The notes under the pieces: generated by a model
What the model was told of the DNA's origin: nothing
Database searches by the model: none
What the model saw: only the letters and a program-made list of their open reading frames with translations
Assembly: GCA_973895155.1 (NCBI GenBank)
Contig: OZ316899.1
Span: 5,397,241-5,461,240, forward strand
Length of the DNA: 64,000 nucleotides
DNA from: Marsupella aquatica
Taxonomy: Eukaryota > Plantae > Marchantiophyta
Reading direction: 5' to 3'
Translations under genes and position numbers: made by a program
In this document: positions 26,673 to 40,196 of the stretch, piece after piece
Layout: every line of letters begins with the position of its first letter
Position numbering within the stretch: position 1 is the stretch's first letter

Positions 26673-29600
26673 TTATAAATTATCAGATGTTTCTGATCCG
26701 GAGCTTTCAGATCTGTCTGTGGACTCGGCCTCGTCATCAATGTACTTGCTTTGAGAAACATCATCTATATAAGGGTTTCTCGTGAACTTCCTGTCTGCTC
26801 CCCTCTGAAGACAAAGACCTTTTGTTTCCCAACAAAGCGTTCTGATTTTGTCAACCCTCCTAGCAACATTTTCAGCGTATGAGGGCAAAACAAACGGCTT
26901 CTCAGGACTGACAATTAGATTCCTAGCTAGTCTCCTCCAGAGCTGGAAATGCTTCCTCAGATTCCATTCTGACCTGATCCAGTAAAACTTAAAAAAACAT
27001 AAGTATAGGGGAAGAGAGAGCAAGAACCCAGAATCGTCAACAACACTTGAAAGGATAAAGAAGCTTACTGGAAGAACATTACTCATCTGAGTCTTCGCTC
27101 TTCTCCAAAGAATCTTCCTCCCGGGGTTTCTGTGTGTCATCTCCAACGTCTCCAAAGGTATCTTCCTCTTCATCGGAATCAAAGTTGAGAACAGAGCAGA
27201 GCCTATCTTTCTTTTTGCGACCACTTATATTGGTCGCGGGAGGAGGCAATATCGGAACATGCTTGGGATCAAGAAGTTCTAAGAAAACCCTTGATGCAGT
27301 CTCAACAAACTCACGCCTATTTTCCAACCCAATCACAAAACGACAAGGACAATATCTCGAGGAAGAGTAAAAAGCTCTATCACCGACTGCATAAAACCAA
27401 CCAAAAGACAGGCGTTCCTAGCAAACTCCAATTTTGGGCAATGATCTATCTTCAAGGTTGGGAGCCCAATCAAGTTAGAGATCAAAGGATCTTCAGTTAT
27501 TGATAAAGGCTTAAACCTTTGGTCCTTTGGTACCTTACCCTTTGAAGAAATCCGGCAAAATATGTCGAGCCTGAGGGTAAATACCTGCACGCATCGCAAT
27601 CTAAATTCTAAAATTATCAATCGATGGGTAATGTCTAGAGAACTACAACAAAGACTAAATTAGTGCCGGACGCTAACAATAAACAAGGGATGCAATGATC
27701 TGTACTTGAATATCGGTCTTTGCTCTATACATCGGCATAGACATGACGACATTGTGAGAATTGACACAATGGAACTTTTTTGACAGCTGGCATGCTGCAA
27801 TGACCTGCGATACCTGGTCGTGGTCATCTGAATACAAGATCGCAAGCATGCCATCATCAGAAAGGAAAGGGTCAATCACTTTGAAGAAAGAACTGGGAAT
27901 TGTGTGGTCTGGTACATTCCACTTTGGAACCCGACGGTCCATGAGCGTAGGTTTAAGTCCACTAGGAAGATAAATGAATCCTGCATTGACTCCAAATGAT
28001 CTTTCTTTTCCTCCTCTGATGACTCCCTTTTCTCGGGAACCTGACTTGATTAAGTCCTTTCCCCATTTCTTTGCATCAGTCACCCCCTTTGGTTTCTCTT
28101 CTTTGTTGAAAGCTTCCACCATGCAATGCCTAGAAGATTTACTCTTGAAGTTTCCCACATCTCTCTGAGCATCAGTTCCAGTGGCATCATCTCGGGAAGA
28201 TTCTCTTGCTTGAATTGCCCTTTTCTTCTTCTTCTTTGTACTGGTTGCATCAAGAGGGACGATCTCTTTTGCTTTGTCAACGGGAGTTACTGGTCTGATT
28301 GGGCATTGGTATTGGCTTTGGAAGGCTCAGGAGTGGCATCGACTTTTGTTTTGTCTGTTGCAGCGTCAGACTTTCTCCCACCTAAAGGAAAAGAACAGAA
28401 TTTAATCAATGCTTAATAATAGCGTCAGGCACTGACCAAACCAATTAAAAGAAAAAAACAAACCAATAGACATAGACATATAGCAACGCCTGGCGCTAAC
28501 CAAAATGTGAAGCTACAAGCTCAATGGAAACTGACATTTTTTGGCGGACCGTGTTGAGGTACTTTGTGCCGCAGCTTTGGTTTTTGCTTTTGCTCTGGAT
28601 TTGCAACTTCAGTCAACATGAACAACCGTAGTTTTGCACACCGTTTGCAATTATGCCGTCGACTTGCTCACATCACCTTCGATTCCCTGCTTCATGTCGG
28701 ACACAAACTTTGGAGGGACCTAAAACTTAGAGAGCTTATGAAATGCAAATTTCTCAATGTCGCCGAATGGAGAGTCCCATCTATCGGTGTCCAAATACCA
28801 TGGACAATGAATTCTCTCCCATTCTGACAGTTTCCTTGGTGGAAGACACCCTTCAGCAGGATACATTGAATACACGTCGGCCAGAATGTATCCTTCGGGA
28901 ACAATGATCCAGTTTTGGAAAGCAGCTGGGTATGCCCAAAAGTAATTTGGCTTCACAATCTCCATATGCATGAAGAAATGGTCCAGATATTGTTTGGCCC
29001 TCTTCTGATTCTTCAGGGTGTAGTCAGCCTTGTCGGGATACTTGGAAGGTCACATTATATTAAAAAACTTGCCTTTCACGGCATCCCCAAATTTCTTGAA
29101 ATCATTTGAGACTATTTCAATAAGCGATTCAATCGACTCACACTCCCACTCCTGCAATCGATTGGTGGGGACTATATCACTGACCTGGCGTAGGGAGGTT
29201 TGCAGCAAACCAATAGCAATTCCCTCCACAGTGTTCCAAGTTTGCCAGGTATGGCACCATTGCTTCACTGGATTGTCATTAACGCTCTGTGGATGGAAGA
29301 ATTATTTCCTCAGCTCCGGTGTACAATGGGCAACCAGAAGGGTACTCCTCAGCTTGGGTCAAGGGCAGAGACAGCGGTAAACAGTCTTGCTCGATCCATT
29401 GTACAGACAACTGCATCGGGTTTCTTCTCTTGCTTATGCTTCTCTGTCAAGGGGTACATCTCGGCGCAGGTCCGCATGAAATCCTCAAAGGCGAGGGCTT
29501 AACAGAGGAGTGATTTTTGACACCTTTATCGCCCAATCCTTTGTTGCCTCCTTCATCATCATTGCATGTCTTTTTGAAATCTCTCCAGGAGACCAAGGTG

Positions 29601-30526
29601 TACCCTGAGCGGCAACAATTTATAGATCCATCTTAAACTGTCGAGAATAAGACTTGATCTTATTCTGACACAAGATGTACAAAAGCGCTTCTTGAGGCAT
29701 TTTTTTGGTATACCACAATCCCTTTGTGTTTTTTGCATGATCTGTCCAAACTTCTTCAAATTTTCACCGTCAATGATTGACTTGTAGTAATCTAGATCAT
29801 TCGACATAATTTGGTTGATACGGTCTGCGTCAAGTATCCAAGAGGGTTTGACCACTCCCTTCCCAAGCCTGAAAATGAGTGAGGGGGTCAATAGCGCCCG
29901 ACGCTAGTGAAACACTGTGATCATAGATTGGAATAGACATATGTTGGAAGAGACACTTACTGGTTAACAGTGTGCATTGTCGCCTCAATCTCGATCAAGG
30001 ACCCCTTTTCTCCCTTGAATATTGTGCACTGGACGCGAGGATGATATTTCACATCATCCAGATTCTCCTTCGTTATGATGGACCATGCGTATAGTGGATG
30101 GTTACCATCAAATACTGAAAACATCTTATTCTACAGGACGGAGAAGTCAGGGTCGGTAGCACTTTCCGCCTCAAACTTTTCATTCTCTGCGACCCAAATT
30201 GGATCCTAGGAAGCACGAATCTCTAGTGTGCAGATTTGGACTTCTCCATTAGAATCTGTTGGTTGAAAGTAAAACAACATGCCAATCTTAGAATTGTATC
30301 CTGTGCTCTGAAAGGAGTCTTTCAGCTTCTCTATCAAAGGACTTCCCTTTTGTAATGTCCGCACTACTTCCATATGAAGTAGTCGGCACATTGGAATACT
30401 TGGCGGATCCTTATCATGTCCTCAGAAATCTTTTCCAAATGACATAATGTGTTTGGAGATCACATCGTAAACGGTAAGCGACGTCTCTCCAAAGTCCTCC
30501 ACATCAAACAAATTAGAATCATCCAT
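26673..30526 (-). pseudogene. ParB/Srx-like plus methyltransferase-like cargo gene, multi-exon, disrupted
   Basis: PMCRLLHMEVVR..KLKDSFQSTGY..FYF..KMFSVFDGNHPLYAW (ParB DGxHR-type box). C-terminal GFIYLPSG, FLSDDGMLAILY and FMQSVIELFTLPRDIVL..IGLENR follow MTase spacing. Introns at ~29869-29959 and ~28382-28536. Confidence 0.72.
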
Positions 30527-33500
30527 CTTCCCTCTCCTGCTCTTCGGGAATGATACAACGGGTTGTGTTTCAGGAGCTCGCAAAGCAGTGGATCTAATCA
30601 CTCGATGACTATACATAGATCCTAAAAATGAACACTCAGATGTTTGCGAAGGAACGACCTCTCTCTGTCCGTTTCCACTAAAGCATTGAGAGGAGGAGAA
30701 GGCAAGGTCCATTGCTCGCACAGGGGCGGAAAAAGTGTGACGACCACCGCGCTCTTTCTGTACCGCGAACAACAATAATCCATCACACAGCTGCGATCAT
30801 ACCGTACTTCACATGGGAAATAAAAAGAATCCAAAGCACAGAGCATGAGATATACGCCAACAAAACTGAACTCCTTGCCTGGATATATGACATCTGTCGT
30901 TACTTTATTCGATAAGACCAAAGAGGATCAATGTATTGAGGAACACGCAACCTGTAGTTACTGTTGAATATGACCGTTGGAAGGAAAACTTGAGAATATA
31001 TCGAAAGTATTTTTACTCACCAAATAGTAGCGCCGGGCGCTAGTAATTCCCTATGCCCAAAATCTTCAATTTTTACATCAGTTGAGGATTCAATATATAG
31101 CCATAAGAGGCGGTAATACGACATTATTTTCCCCAAAACCCATTTTTCGCATATTTCTGATACAAAAGAAAACTAGCGTCGGGCGCTAGTTTTAAACAAA
31201 GCTATTTAAACCTTTTGTAGGCTCCTAATTTGTAGTTTACCTTTGTAGACATTCATAATATGAATTAAATCAATATTAGCGCCCGACGCTAAACATCAAG
31301 TGTCTCGTTTTGGAATTAGTTTTTTGTCATTAGTTTTTGTTAGCACCAGGCGTTAGACATAAATTGACTTCAGATGGACCTCTACTTTTGGATTGTTTTT
31401 TATAGCGCCTGGCGCTATTGAACATATGACATTTCGAGAACAAAAAGGTTCTTCCTAAATGACGTTGATCGTAAATGATGTTGATCGTAAATGATGTTGA
31501 TATAACGACAAAATACATTTATGGTGTAAGAGGATTGTCTTATTATAACGGCTTTTGGGAACTGTTAGCCAAGGTCAATAACAGTCCTCGCCCGCAGAAT
31601 TTTGATTCATAATTTTCCTGTGCTCATTTGTTTCCAAGGCTTCTGTGATGTCTCAGTCAATCGTAGTTACCCGTATGTCCACCGGTGACATTGTTTCCAT
31701 TCCAATGTCTGTGGCCAAAAGGTAGAGGCAAGTAAGTGAGGTTTATGTTTGTGGAAGGTTTGATTTGTGCATGAATGACATAGAGGCAATCGTTTAGGAG
31801 GGAACGGAAGCCAATGACTTCAAATCTGTTGCACTTTTGATGTCAATGATTGGGTGAGATTCTGGCACCTTAATACTGGGTTGTGCTACTCCATTGTCGT
31901 TTAGGAACCAAATCAAGGAGATCACCAATCCCCACAGAGGGATCCGGTGGATGTAGTTACTCTTTCCGATAGTGATGATAAGGAGCCACCAAGGATCCCC
32001 CTTGTGGAGCCTTTGGTGCCTGACGTGGTCTTGGTCAAAGAGGAGATGACATCGTTGCAATCCCACATTGTATATCGGAGAAGTGCAATGGACGCGCTGC
32101 TCAAGTCAACTGGGTCCATCAAACTTTTGAGGTTCATTGCGGCTGGAAACTTTTGGCATGAACAAGTACCTTGTTTGCCTCCGAAGTACAATGGTAACAT
32201 AGTGTTTGAATTGCCTCCATCATCAGGAATTCTTTCAAAAGGATCCCGTCTACGGGACATGGACCGAACCAAGGATTGCTACATCTGGACAAGAATATTT
32301 CCTACCACTGCAAACGTGCAGCCCAAGAAATATTGGGAATTTGGTAAAATTACTTGTACTGGATTTATTGAGTGCAGGAATAAAACTTGTGACTACTTCC
32401 GTCAAAAGAAGAGGAGGAATGCCAAGCCTGGGCTGGTACCCCGAAACTTGGAGGCTCTCACCGTGTTGGATCATTCATTGAGCAGGGTGGAGTTGTTTGT
32501 CATTATTGCCAACAGATCCCTTTTTGTGTAGAGGCATGCTCTGCAAGACTATTTTATATGTATCCTCAAGTTCTGCTTGACTCAGATACCTGTAGTCACA
32601 TGTCTTGCCTTGCAATTCATATGGGTACCCACAACCATCCTTGTCGCAAGATATTTTCTCAGAGTGCGGAAAAGGTAGTTGAAGATGTCATAAAAAAGAA
32701 ATTGGAAGGTAATCCAACTTGGACGCATGCGGGGATTAAAAATGTAGCGACAGGATCTTTTGTACAGTCTTTGTGTGAGAGCCTGGGTGAGATTGAAGAT
32801 ATTGAAGAAACAGAAAATTTTCAGTCTCTAATGGTAGTTTCTACTCCACAGAAGTTTGCATCTCTTTTCAAGAGTGTTAGGCAGGACCAGAAAGGCCGTG
32901 GAGAGTTGGATTTTCTTGTTCGATATCAAAAGAATATCAACATGCCTTTTCTACAGAGGTACATCCTTCCAGGTCAAGGATCTCAAGAAGACAGACCTCA
33001 CATATTTAAGATGACTTCAAAAGGCCATGGGTCTGGGGTGGATATTTTGCGGCAAATGCAACCTGGAGGGAGTCTTGAAGGTGCCTGGGTAAGCTTCGAT
33101 GTCATGAAACAAATGACCCAGGATTGGGTGACTTTCAGCGCACACATTTACGATCACAATTACCGCGCATTTGTACAATATTTACTTGCAAGCTAAAAGT
33201 TGAAGACACAGCGTCCTTCAAGAAGGCTTGGAGATTAATGATTGCGGTTTCCAAAGAGAATGGGTTAGATAATCCAACGATTCATGGCTTTATGGTAGAC
33301 AATGCCCAAGCCGGATGGTTAGCAGTCCAAAATGTTTTTTTAGGGCACCCAAACCCTGAACGGGAGAGGACTGACGCTTTTCATTTTTACCAAGCTTTTC
33401 ATCGCCATTCTGTTGAAGGAGTGTTGGAAGAGAAGCAGGCGGAACATCGAATGCTATGGGATAAATTACAGAACGCACCGACATTTGTGGAGGCTTACCG

Positions 33501-33828
33501 ACTTTCAAGAGAGATTGACCTATGGTGGCAGTTGGGTAACTGCTTCCCTGGAAAGCTCCGAATGCTTCAGAGTTGGATATCGTGGTTGGAGAGAGTGGGG
33601 AAATTTTATTTGCTTGGTGAGTATTAGCACCTGGCGCTAGTAATATGCAAGTCAGTTTCCTTTGTAGAAGTACAATTTTCAGATGACATTCCTCAACATT
33701 CCATCCAAAGAATCCAAATAATGTAATTGATTCTCAAATATTGACCTGTTTATTTTGATAAACATGTGATTACACAATAATATTAATGGTTTTGTTGAAA
33801 TTTTCTGCTTAGTGCCTGACGCTAGTAT

Positions 33829-36800
33829 TGTAGTATCACACCAGGGACATAAATTAACATTTAAGATCCAAAACTCGGTATTCCTTCCCATGGAAGAACA
33901 TGTAAGGAATGATTTTCTATGATTTAGCACTTATGAATGAGTAAGGTAACAAAACACAAAGGTGAGCCTTTTACTATGGTTGCTCAGCAAGGCATGGTTT
34001 TAAATATTTGCTTAACATTGAAAATAAAATTAACAAATGGAATCAATTAACAAAACATAATGAAAATCTTGAGGTATGGTGAGAGAGTCTGGAAAATACC
34101 AAGGTAACTTCTCAATATCACTTAATTTTAGATGATTTAAGGTGAGGAATCCACAAGGACATTTATGGACTGGAATGCTTTACTAGGATGGTTTATTAAA
34201 GTGCCGTCAACACATCTCAACCTTTCCTTCCAAGGTACTAAGTTAGGATTAACAACCAATCATTTCACCATCCAATCGATACTTTGAGTCACGAATATCA
34301 AGCACCATCATCAACAACTTAAAGTCACAGGTAATTGGGTGATAACGTTCTTTGCACCTCGTGCACAAGCATGTTATGTCAAAAACATATGCATCAAGAA
34401 CTCAAGAATGTATAGCCTTCACCAATTAAGGAATCTATCTCCACACATTTAAAAGATTCATCAATCACAAAGTTTTACTTCTCTGGTCTGAAATCTCAAC
34501 ATTCAAACACAAGGAAGGGGAAGAAATCCTCTGTATTAAGTACTCGTCAACAACATAGAGTGCTTGCTACAAATGGAGGTAACAGAGTTGCAAACCTGCA
34601 ACTGAGCGCTCATGAAATTTCTTCACACTAAAAGTGACAGAAGTTCAACTACATATAGGGTAGCAGGAACTAAAGGGAAATAAGATAATGAAAGGACATG
34701 CCCTTTTGTATGTTAAGGGTCATGGGCAAAAGTAAAGTAACAAAATTATACTACAGGAGTACCTAAGGTTCAGTGGAATGCTCCTGGAATGAAAAACTAA
34801 TCAAAAATGATTCCTAGTGTAAACTGGAGTAAAAGTGTCATTGGACTTTTGTGATAAAACTAACAAATAGAAACTTTTTCTGAATTTTAATTTCTAACAT
34901 AAAGGTCAGAATGAGGTGAAACGTTTTTAGGTGGAAGAATTACATATATGCTTCATGCTGGCAAAATTTCAGATTTTTTTGAGGTTTAATAAAATCGGTG
35001 AAAAGTGCTTTTGGATATAAAAAACCCTAAAGTGTCGGAAGCACCGTTGCGCCTTTGCGCTTTGGAATAGTAGCACCGTTGCGCCTTTGCGCACTCACGC
35101 TACTGCAAAACTAAAAATTCTATAACTTCTAAACTAAATGTCGGTTTTGGCTGATACTTTCAGGGGAGGGTCTGCTACATAAGAGCTACCTTCTGAAAGA
35201 GTATGAGACTTTTCTAAATACTTTAAATATTTAACTAAAATTATAGAGATTAGTTGATCTTGACTCGAAGGATGGAGTAGGTCAATCTTCTTGAAGCAGT
35301 GATGTCTGGTCCGGTGGTTGGAAATTTCTGAATGTCTCGGTTCGAATCACCTCTCGATGGAAATCCATAACCTGCGTATCATGTCGAGCAAATGGAAGAG
35401 ATTTGATTTATCGTTCATCATCTAGAATGGGAAGTAGTCTCCTGTGAAACATAGTGTTCACCTTGCTAGCTTGCATATAGATGCCGACCAGATCATAACT
35501 ACAACAAGTGGTATGATAGTTGCATGGAAACTTGTTGATGAAGGTGTCAGAGTCTTGGGCAAGTGACAGAAGTGGAGTGACACTAGGTAATAGTTCCCGC
35601 CACTTCAGGGTGTAATCAGCCAACCGCTGGGAAGTAATGTTGTTCCAGATTCTTTGACTCTCAGCAGCTGGTGTGATAAATTGTTGAACAACAAAAGGTT
35701 CCTCTGGTAGGACACCATGGTCGACCTGATATCGTTTGTTGGTTTGTCTCAAAAAGTTGATGATGAATTCCAAGACATAGGCAGGTAAGTTCCCAAAATA
35801 TGCCAAAGTCAGATCTCCATTCTCCAGTACAATGTGTCCACCAGGATCATGACAGCAAGAATAGGGCAAAAATATTTAGCCTCTGTCCAGATCTCATCCA
35901 TCTCTGCTATCTCTAGGCGGGTGACATTCTTCAGATCAAGCTTCAGGATATAGAGACATTCAACTCTCTTCTTATGATAGTACTACCAAAACTCTAAAAT
36001 GGGAGGAGTTCTAAGGTCTGAAACTCTGACAAACTCAGCAAATTGTGTAATATTCTCCTGAGGGGTTTTAGGGTCAATATGGAGTGTAGGAATGAAATTG
36101 ACCTGGCAGGATTTATCTTGACCTGGGGAAGGGTGTCAGGATAAGAAATGGCAAGATGTTCACCTGTAGGGGTGATCTCAGGTTCTGGAGAACTAGGATA
36201 GAGCTGGTCTGGTTGATTTGAAGGACTGTAAGGAGAGGTGGGTGAATGACTAGAAGGAGGGGAAGAATAGTAAATGGGAGAGCCAGATGCTGAGGTATGA
36301 TAGCGGACGGCATAATAGACTTGCTTGGTGTTGCATCCAAAACTTTGTGTAAGCCTTGGACTAAATCCTCACAATATTCTCAATGATGATCTCGGGTAAG
36401 TAAAGCTGATGTCTTATGCAGAAGATCATCTAAGACATCAATTAAGTGTCTCTCATCACACTCCAGCATGTAAGTCATTTTATTGACAAAAGTAGGATAG
36501 TGTTCAGCAGAGTGACCTGGGGAAGCAGATAGTGTCTGTTGAAGCTCTAACCTTTGTGATGTATCATTCTCCTCCATCGGTTCAGCTTCAGTAATATTTG
36601 TAACCCTAATATTGGAGGTGGGTCGAAATAGCTCCATCACCTCGGGATAGAACTGAGTAGGACCTTGGGTTGGAGAGTATGGAGAGTCAGGACTACTAGG
36701 TTCAAGCAGAGTTACAGAGGCTGCTCTTAACCTCTCAACAGGGTCAACTATCTCCTCAGGTTCACAGATCAATAAGTTGCTTAGCTTATCAATAATTTGC

Positions 36801-38320
36801 TGTTAGATTCTACTCTCAGTTCATCAGCCGTTGGTTTGCTAAACATGAAGGGTCTCTTACGTGATCTCATAGAAGGGGTCAAGCTATCTACAAATAAATT
36901 CTGAGTTAGGACTGTAGGTGATCAAAGAGTAATAGGGACAGATATGTCAACTGCAGGTACAGGAGGTGGGGGAACCTCTGGTTTGGATGTATACTCATCG
37001 AGATTGGAATTGAGGGGGGTGTAAAGTCTTCTATCCTGATTGAGATCTTCAAAAGGGGATAGAGGGTTATCAGGAATTGGTGAAGAGGTACTTCTGGGTT
37101 CCACGAGTGGTTCTCTATGGGTAAGAGGGGTAACCTCTGAACAAATAGGTGGGGGAACCTCTAGTTGAACTTCATCAGCATCTTCTCCTTCAGTATCCTC
37201 GTTTCCTGATTCACTAAGATCAAATTCATCAAGTAGTCTAATCCGCTCCTCTTGTTCACCTGGAAGTAAGCAATTCCCATGAAAATACAACTGGCAAAGA
37301 TAAGCAGGGAGAGTAGTGAACTCATCCATTTTCACCTTCTTTACTTGAGATAAAATAACATGTCTTAGCAACAAGGCCCAATTTATCTCAGCAACTCCCT
37401 TCCAACTTGCCACAATAGTATTGGCAAGTGACACAGGTATCATATGTGGTTGAATGGGATGGAGAATTGGAATCAAAAACTCTAAAATGATTTTAAGAGT
37501 ATAATTGGTGCACTGGTCCATTTTCCATCCATGGCGAGCGTTTTGAGTTCCAGAAAAATAAGGTCTCACAATCTCTCCTTGTCGTGAGTGTAAGCTGTTG
37601 CCTTCGGTGGGACAGTCAAAAGCATCAGCAACAAATTGCAGAGTCCAGAATTCGGGATTTGCCCGAGCAGTTCCCACCATACCAACTTCGATTTGTGCCC
37701 CATCACTGAAATCCTTCAAAAAACTCAATGAAGTTACGGACCAAGGCAGAGTGAGCAATTTACTCAGGTGCATGACCGCCAGTGCTTCCTTCAAAATGTG
37801 CAAGATTCTTTTCATCGTAGGGTATGCGCGGGGACGGCCTTAGGTAAAGGAACTCCTCTCACAGTCATCTCTCCCCCTTTGTCGACCATAGTAATAAGAG
37901 ACAAGGTGTTATCGCCAACTATCGATCCGAAGAGATCTATGCCAAATGATCCGCCGTTGCGCTTTTGCTCTGTTGCGCCCTTACGCCTTTGCTCCAAAAT
38001 GTTGTTGCACGATTGCGCTATTGCGCTTTTCCCCCAAAACGCCGTTGCGCTTTTATGCCAAAACGCTCTTTGTAGCGCACGGTCAAACTTGGCAGCACCA
38101 ATCTTCCTTTCGTGCTTCGAGGACATCGATAGTAGTTTCTTCTGGCTTGTCTCACCCCTACCTAATTACTCAGGGTATTATCCATTAATCTACCTAACTT
38201 AAGTCTTAACCTTACTTATATCTAAAAGTAGATTAATTGGCTACGTTTAATCTATTTCTAACAACAAAAATTTTAAAATTTTTCATTATTTCTAAGTTTC
38301 TAATTTAGACAGCTATTACA
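33829..38320 (-). mobile_element. 4492-bp solo LTR (copy A) containing a long ORF
   Basis: Ends TGTAGTA...TATTACA, 5-bp TSD AGTAT (33824-28 and 38321-25), no gag/pol and no terminal direct repeats. Homologous along its length to 48472-63195. Confidence 0.88.
35250..37889 (-). pseudogene. LTR-encoded protein, frameshifted
   Basis: ORFs 36922-37815, 36380-36772 and 35408-35869 are collinear with 48666-49250, 60238-61707 and 61811-62470. Confidence 0.8.
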
Positions 38321-40196
38321 AGTATCTTTTGCGGATGCTTACTAGTGTTTATACTTTGTCGTTCCAGGACAAAAGTGCTAAAGAAGGCGCTAGGATTCCT
38401 AACTATATAGGATCAGAGTCAGTTCACGCAGGAATGAAAGCATGGGTAATGAAAAAAAAGTTGGGCTCTTTGAGGCATGTGAAATGGATCAGAATCGAGC
38501 TATATCTCAGGTTGCAGCATATACCGCATATCGGAAAGGATTGAGTAGAGGAAGAGGTCCAACAATATGGGAACTGGCTTTCCGTTCAGCTGATCAGGCA
38601 GGTTCCCCAAAGCTGTTCGAGGATGCGATGAACATGCTCCTCTCCAATGCTGTTGAGTTTGACTTGGAGAGAAGCATTCCTCTCAACAGAGATGTTCTAA
38701 CAAAGTCTGTCAAGAGGAAAGGACCTGCAACTAGGATTATCTCGCCACAAGACTCCCACCGGCATGATAAAGTCCTTATCACATTGCCGAATACCAGATC
38801 ACTCAAGCAAAAAATCTGCACCACACAATGTTTTCTTCCGTGTTGGAAGAAAAACCTGATGACATTTCCATTGTCAATCTGTCAGGAAGTGATGATTCGA
38901 GGGATGCAGAATGTGATGATTTCAGGACACCGCAGGGACAACATCAATCACGTTCAACACAATACCCACAAAGCGCTCCCACTGTACTTCAGTAGACATT
39001 GCTCGAATCTCCAGTTCTTGAAACAGAGGTCATGCAGGGTGCATGGCATCTGTGTCGGACATCAAAATTTGGGGCGGGTCCACAGTGCAACACATCATTT
39101 GGTGGTAGTTCCGAGAGAGATGAGTGTCGAAATAGAGTGAAGAAAGTTGGGTTCCCCTCATCAAACGGTGTGATCGACATTGTTGTCAAAGGACAATGCA
39201 TGTTCAGGGGGGAATCCATAGCCGAAATGATATGGTTCTGCCCAAACAACACATGTTATCGAAGCCATCCCCGCCGTGGTGTAGTGTACTTGCCCTCCTT
39301 TCCTGATGTTCTTCCTGTTATAAAAGGAACAAATGTTTTGGAAGCTGAGATGAAGTATCTTGTTGACCAGGGAGTACCTATAGCCCGAGGAAGAGACGGT
39401 CCTCTACCTCCACCATCACTTTTTGAGCTTCAATCAACGTCAACTTATTTCCAGAGAGAGTCAATCTTCTAGAACTTACTGTTCGTCTCCAGAGTTGGAA
39501 TGGAAAGAACACGGTTCCTTGATCAACCTTGACCCATGGTCACATGAAGAGGATTGAATCTACACAAAAAGAGACCATGTCTGTCCAGGATAGTGGGATG
39601 TTTCTATTGGGAACTCATGGGGGAAGCAATTCAAAGTACAAACACATGAGAATCTAAGGACGCCGAATAGTTACTTTGTGCAGATTTGTATTTTCCCGAC
39701 TTGTTCGTGTGAGGATTTCTATCGTCGACATTCTTGTAGACAGCCATATATGCCTTGCAAACATTTGTACTGGGTTTTCCAGACCGTTTCAAACTAGACA
39801 TTGAGGAATCTACTTTGACCAGCCAACCAATTCTCACAGTTGGAGAAGTCCAACTGATCTTGGAGAGGGAAAATGCTCATGGTTTATAGAGAAGGATGTA
39901 GTTGTCCTATACTCAAAACGGTTATATTGGTTTTTGTCTTATTACAACAGTATAGTTTTATGTTAGCGCCTGGCGCTGGGATGGAGTCTTCCTTATTATC
40001 ATTTACTTCATTGTAATCTTATCAATGGAAATGATATTTTAAGTTTTTTTTCCCACATTGTGCATTCATTCAATGTCATTTTTTAAATGTGTTGCTTGTT
40101 TCCATTTTAGCTAGCGCCAGGCACTAGCCCATCGTTTGTGGTCTTTCAAATTGTCCAAAGTTTTCATTCGTGGTTTTCTGCCTTATTGTCTGCCTA

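Larger units (their letters stand above)
31648..39889 (+). pseudogene. MULE-type DDE transposase with GCM-like N-terminal Zn domain and C-terminal SWIM finger; its intron holds a solo LTR
   Basis: CTGFIECRNKTC...HMGTHNHP; VSFD, FMVDNAQAGW, DAFHF, ESVHAG; CSCEDFYRRH..PCKH. Frameshifts lie between the listed ORFs. Confidence 0.82.
25953..40126. repeat. Dispersed 15-bp palindrome TAGCGCCnGGCGCTA, 17 copies
   Basis: Starts at about 25953, 26050, 26183, 26486, 26585, 28420, 28484, 29892, 31028, 31174, 31277, 31341, 31403, 33625, 33810, 39964 and 40112. Confidence 0.92.
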
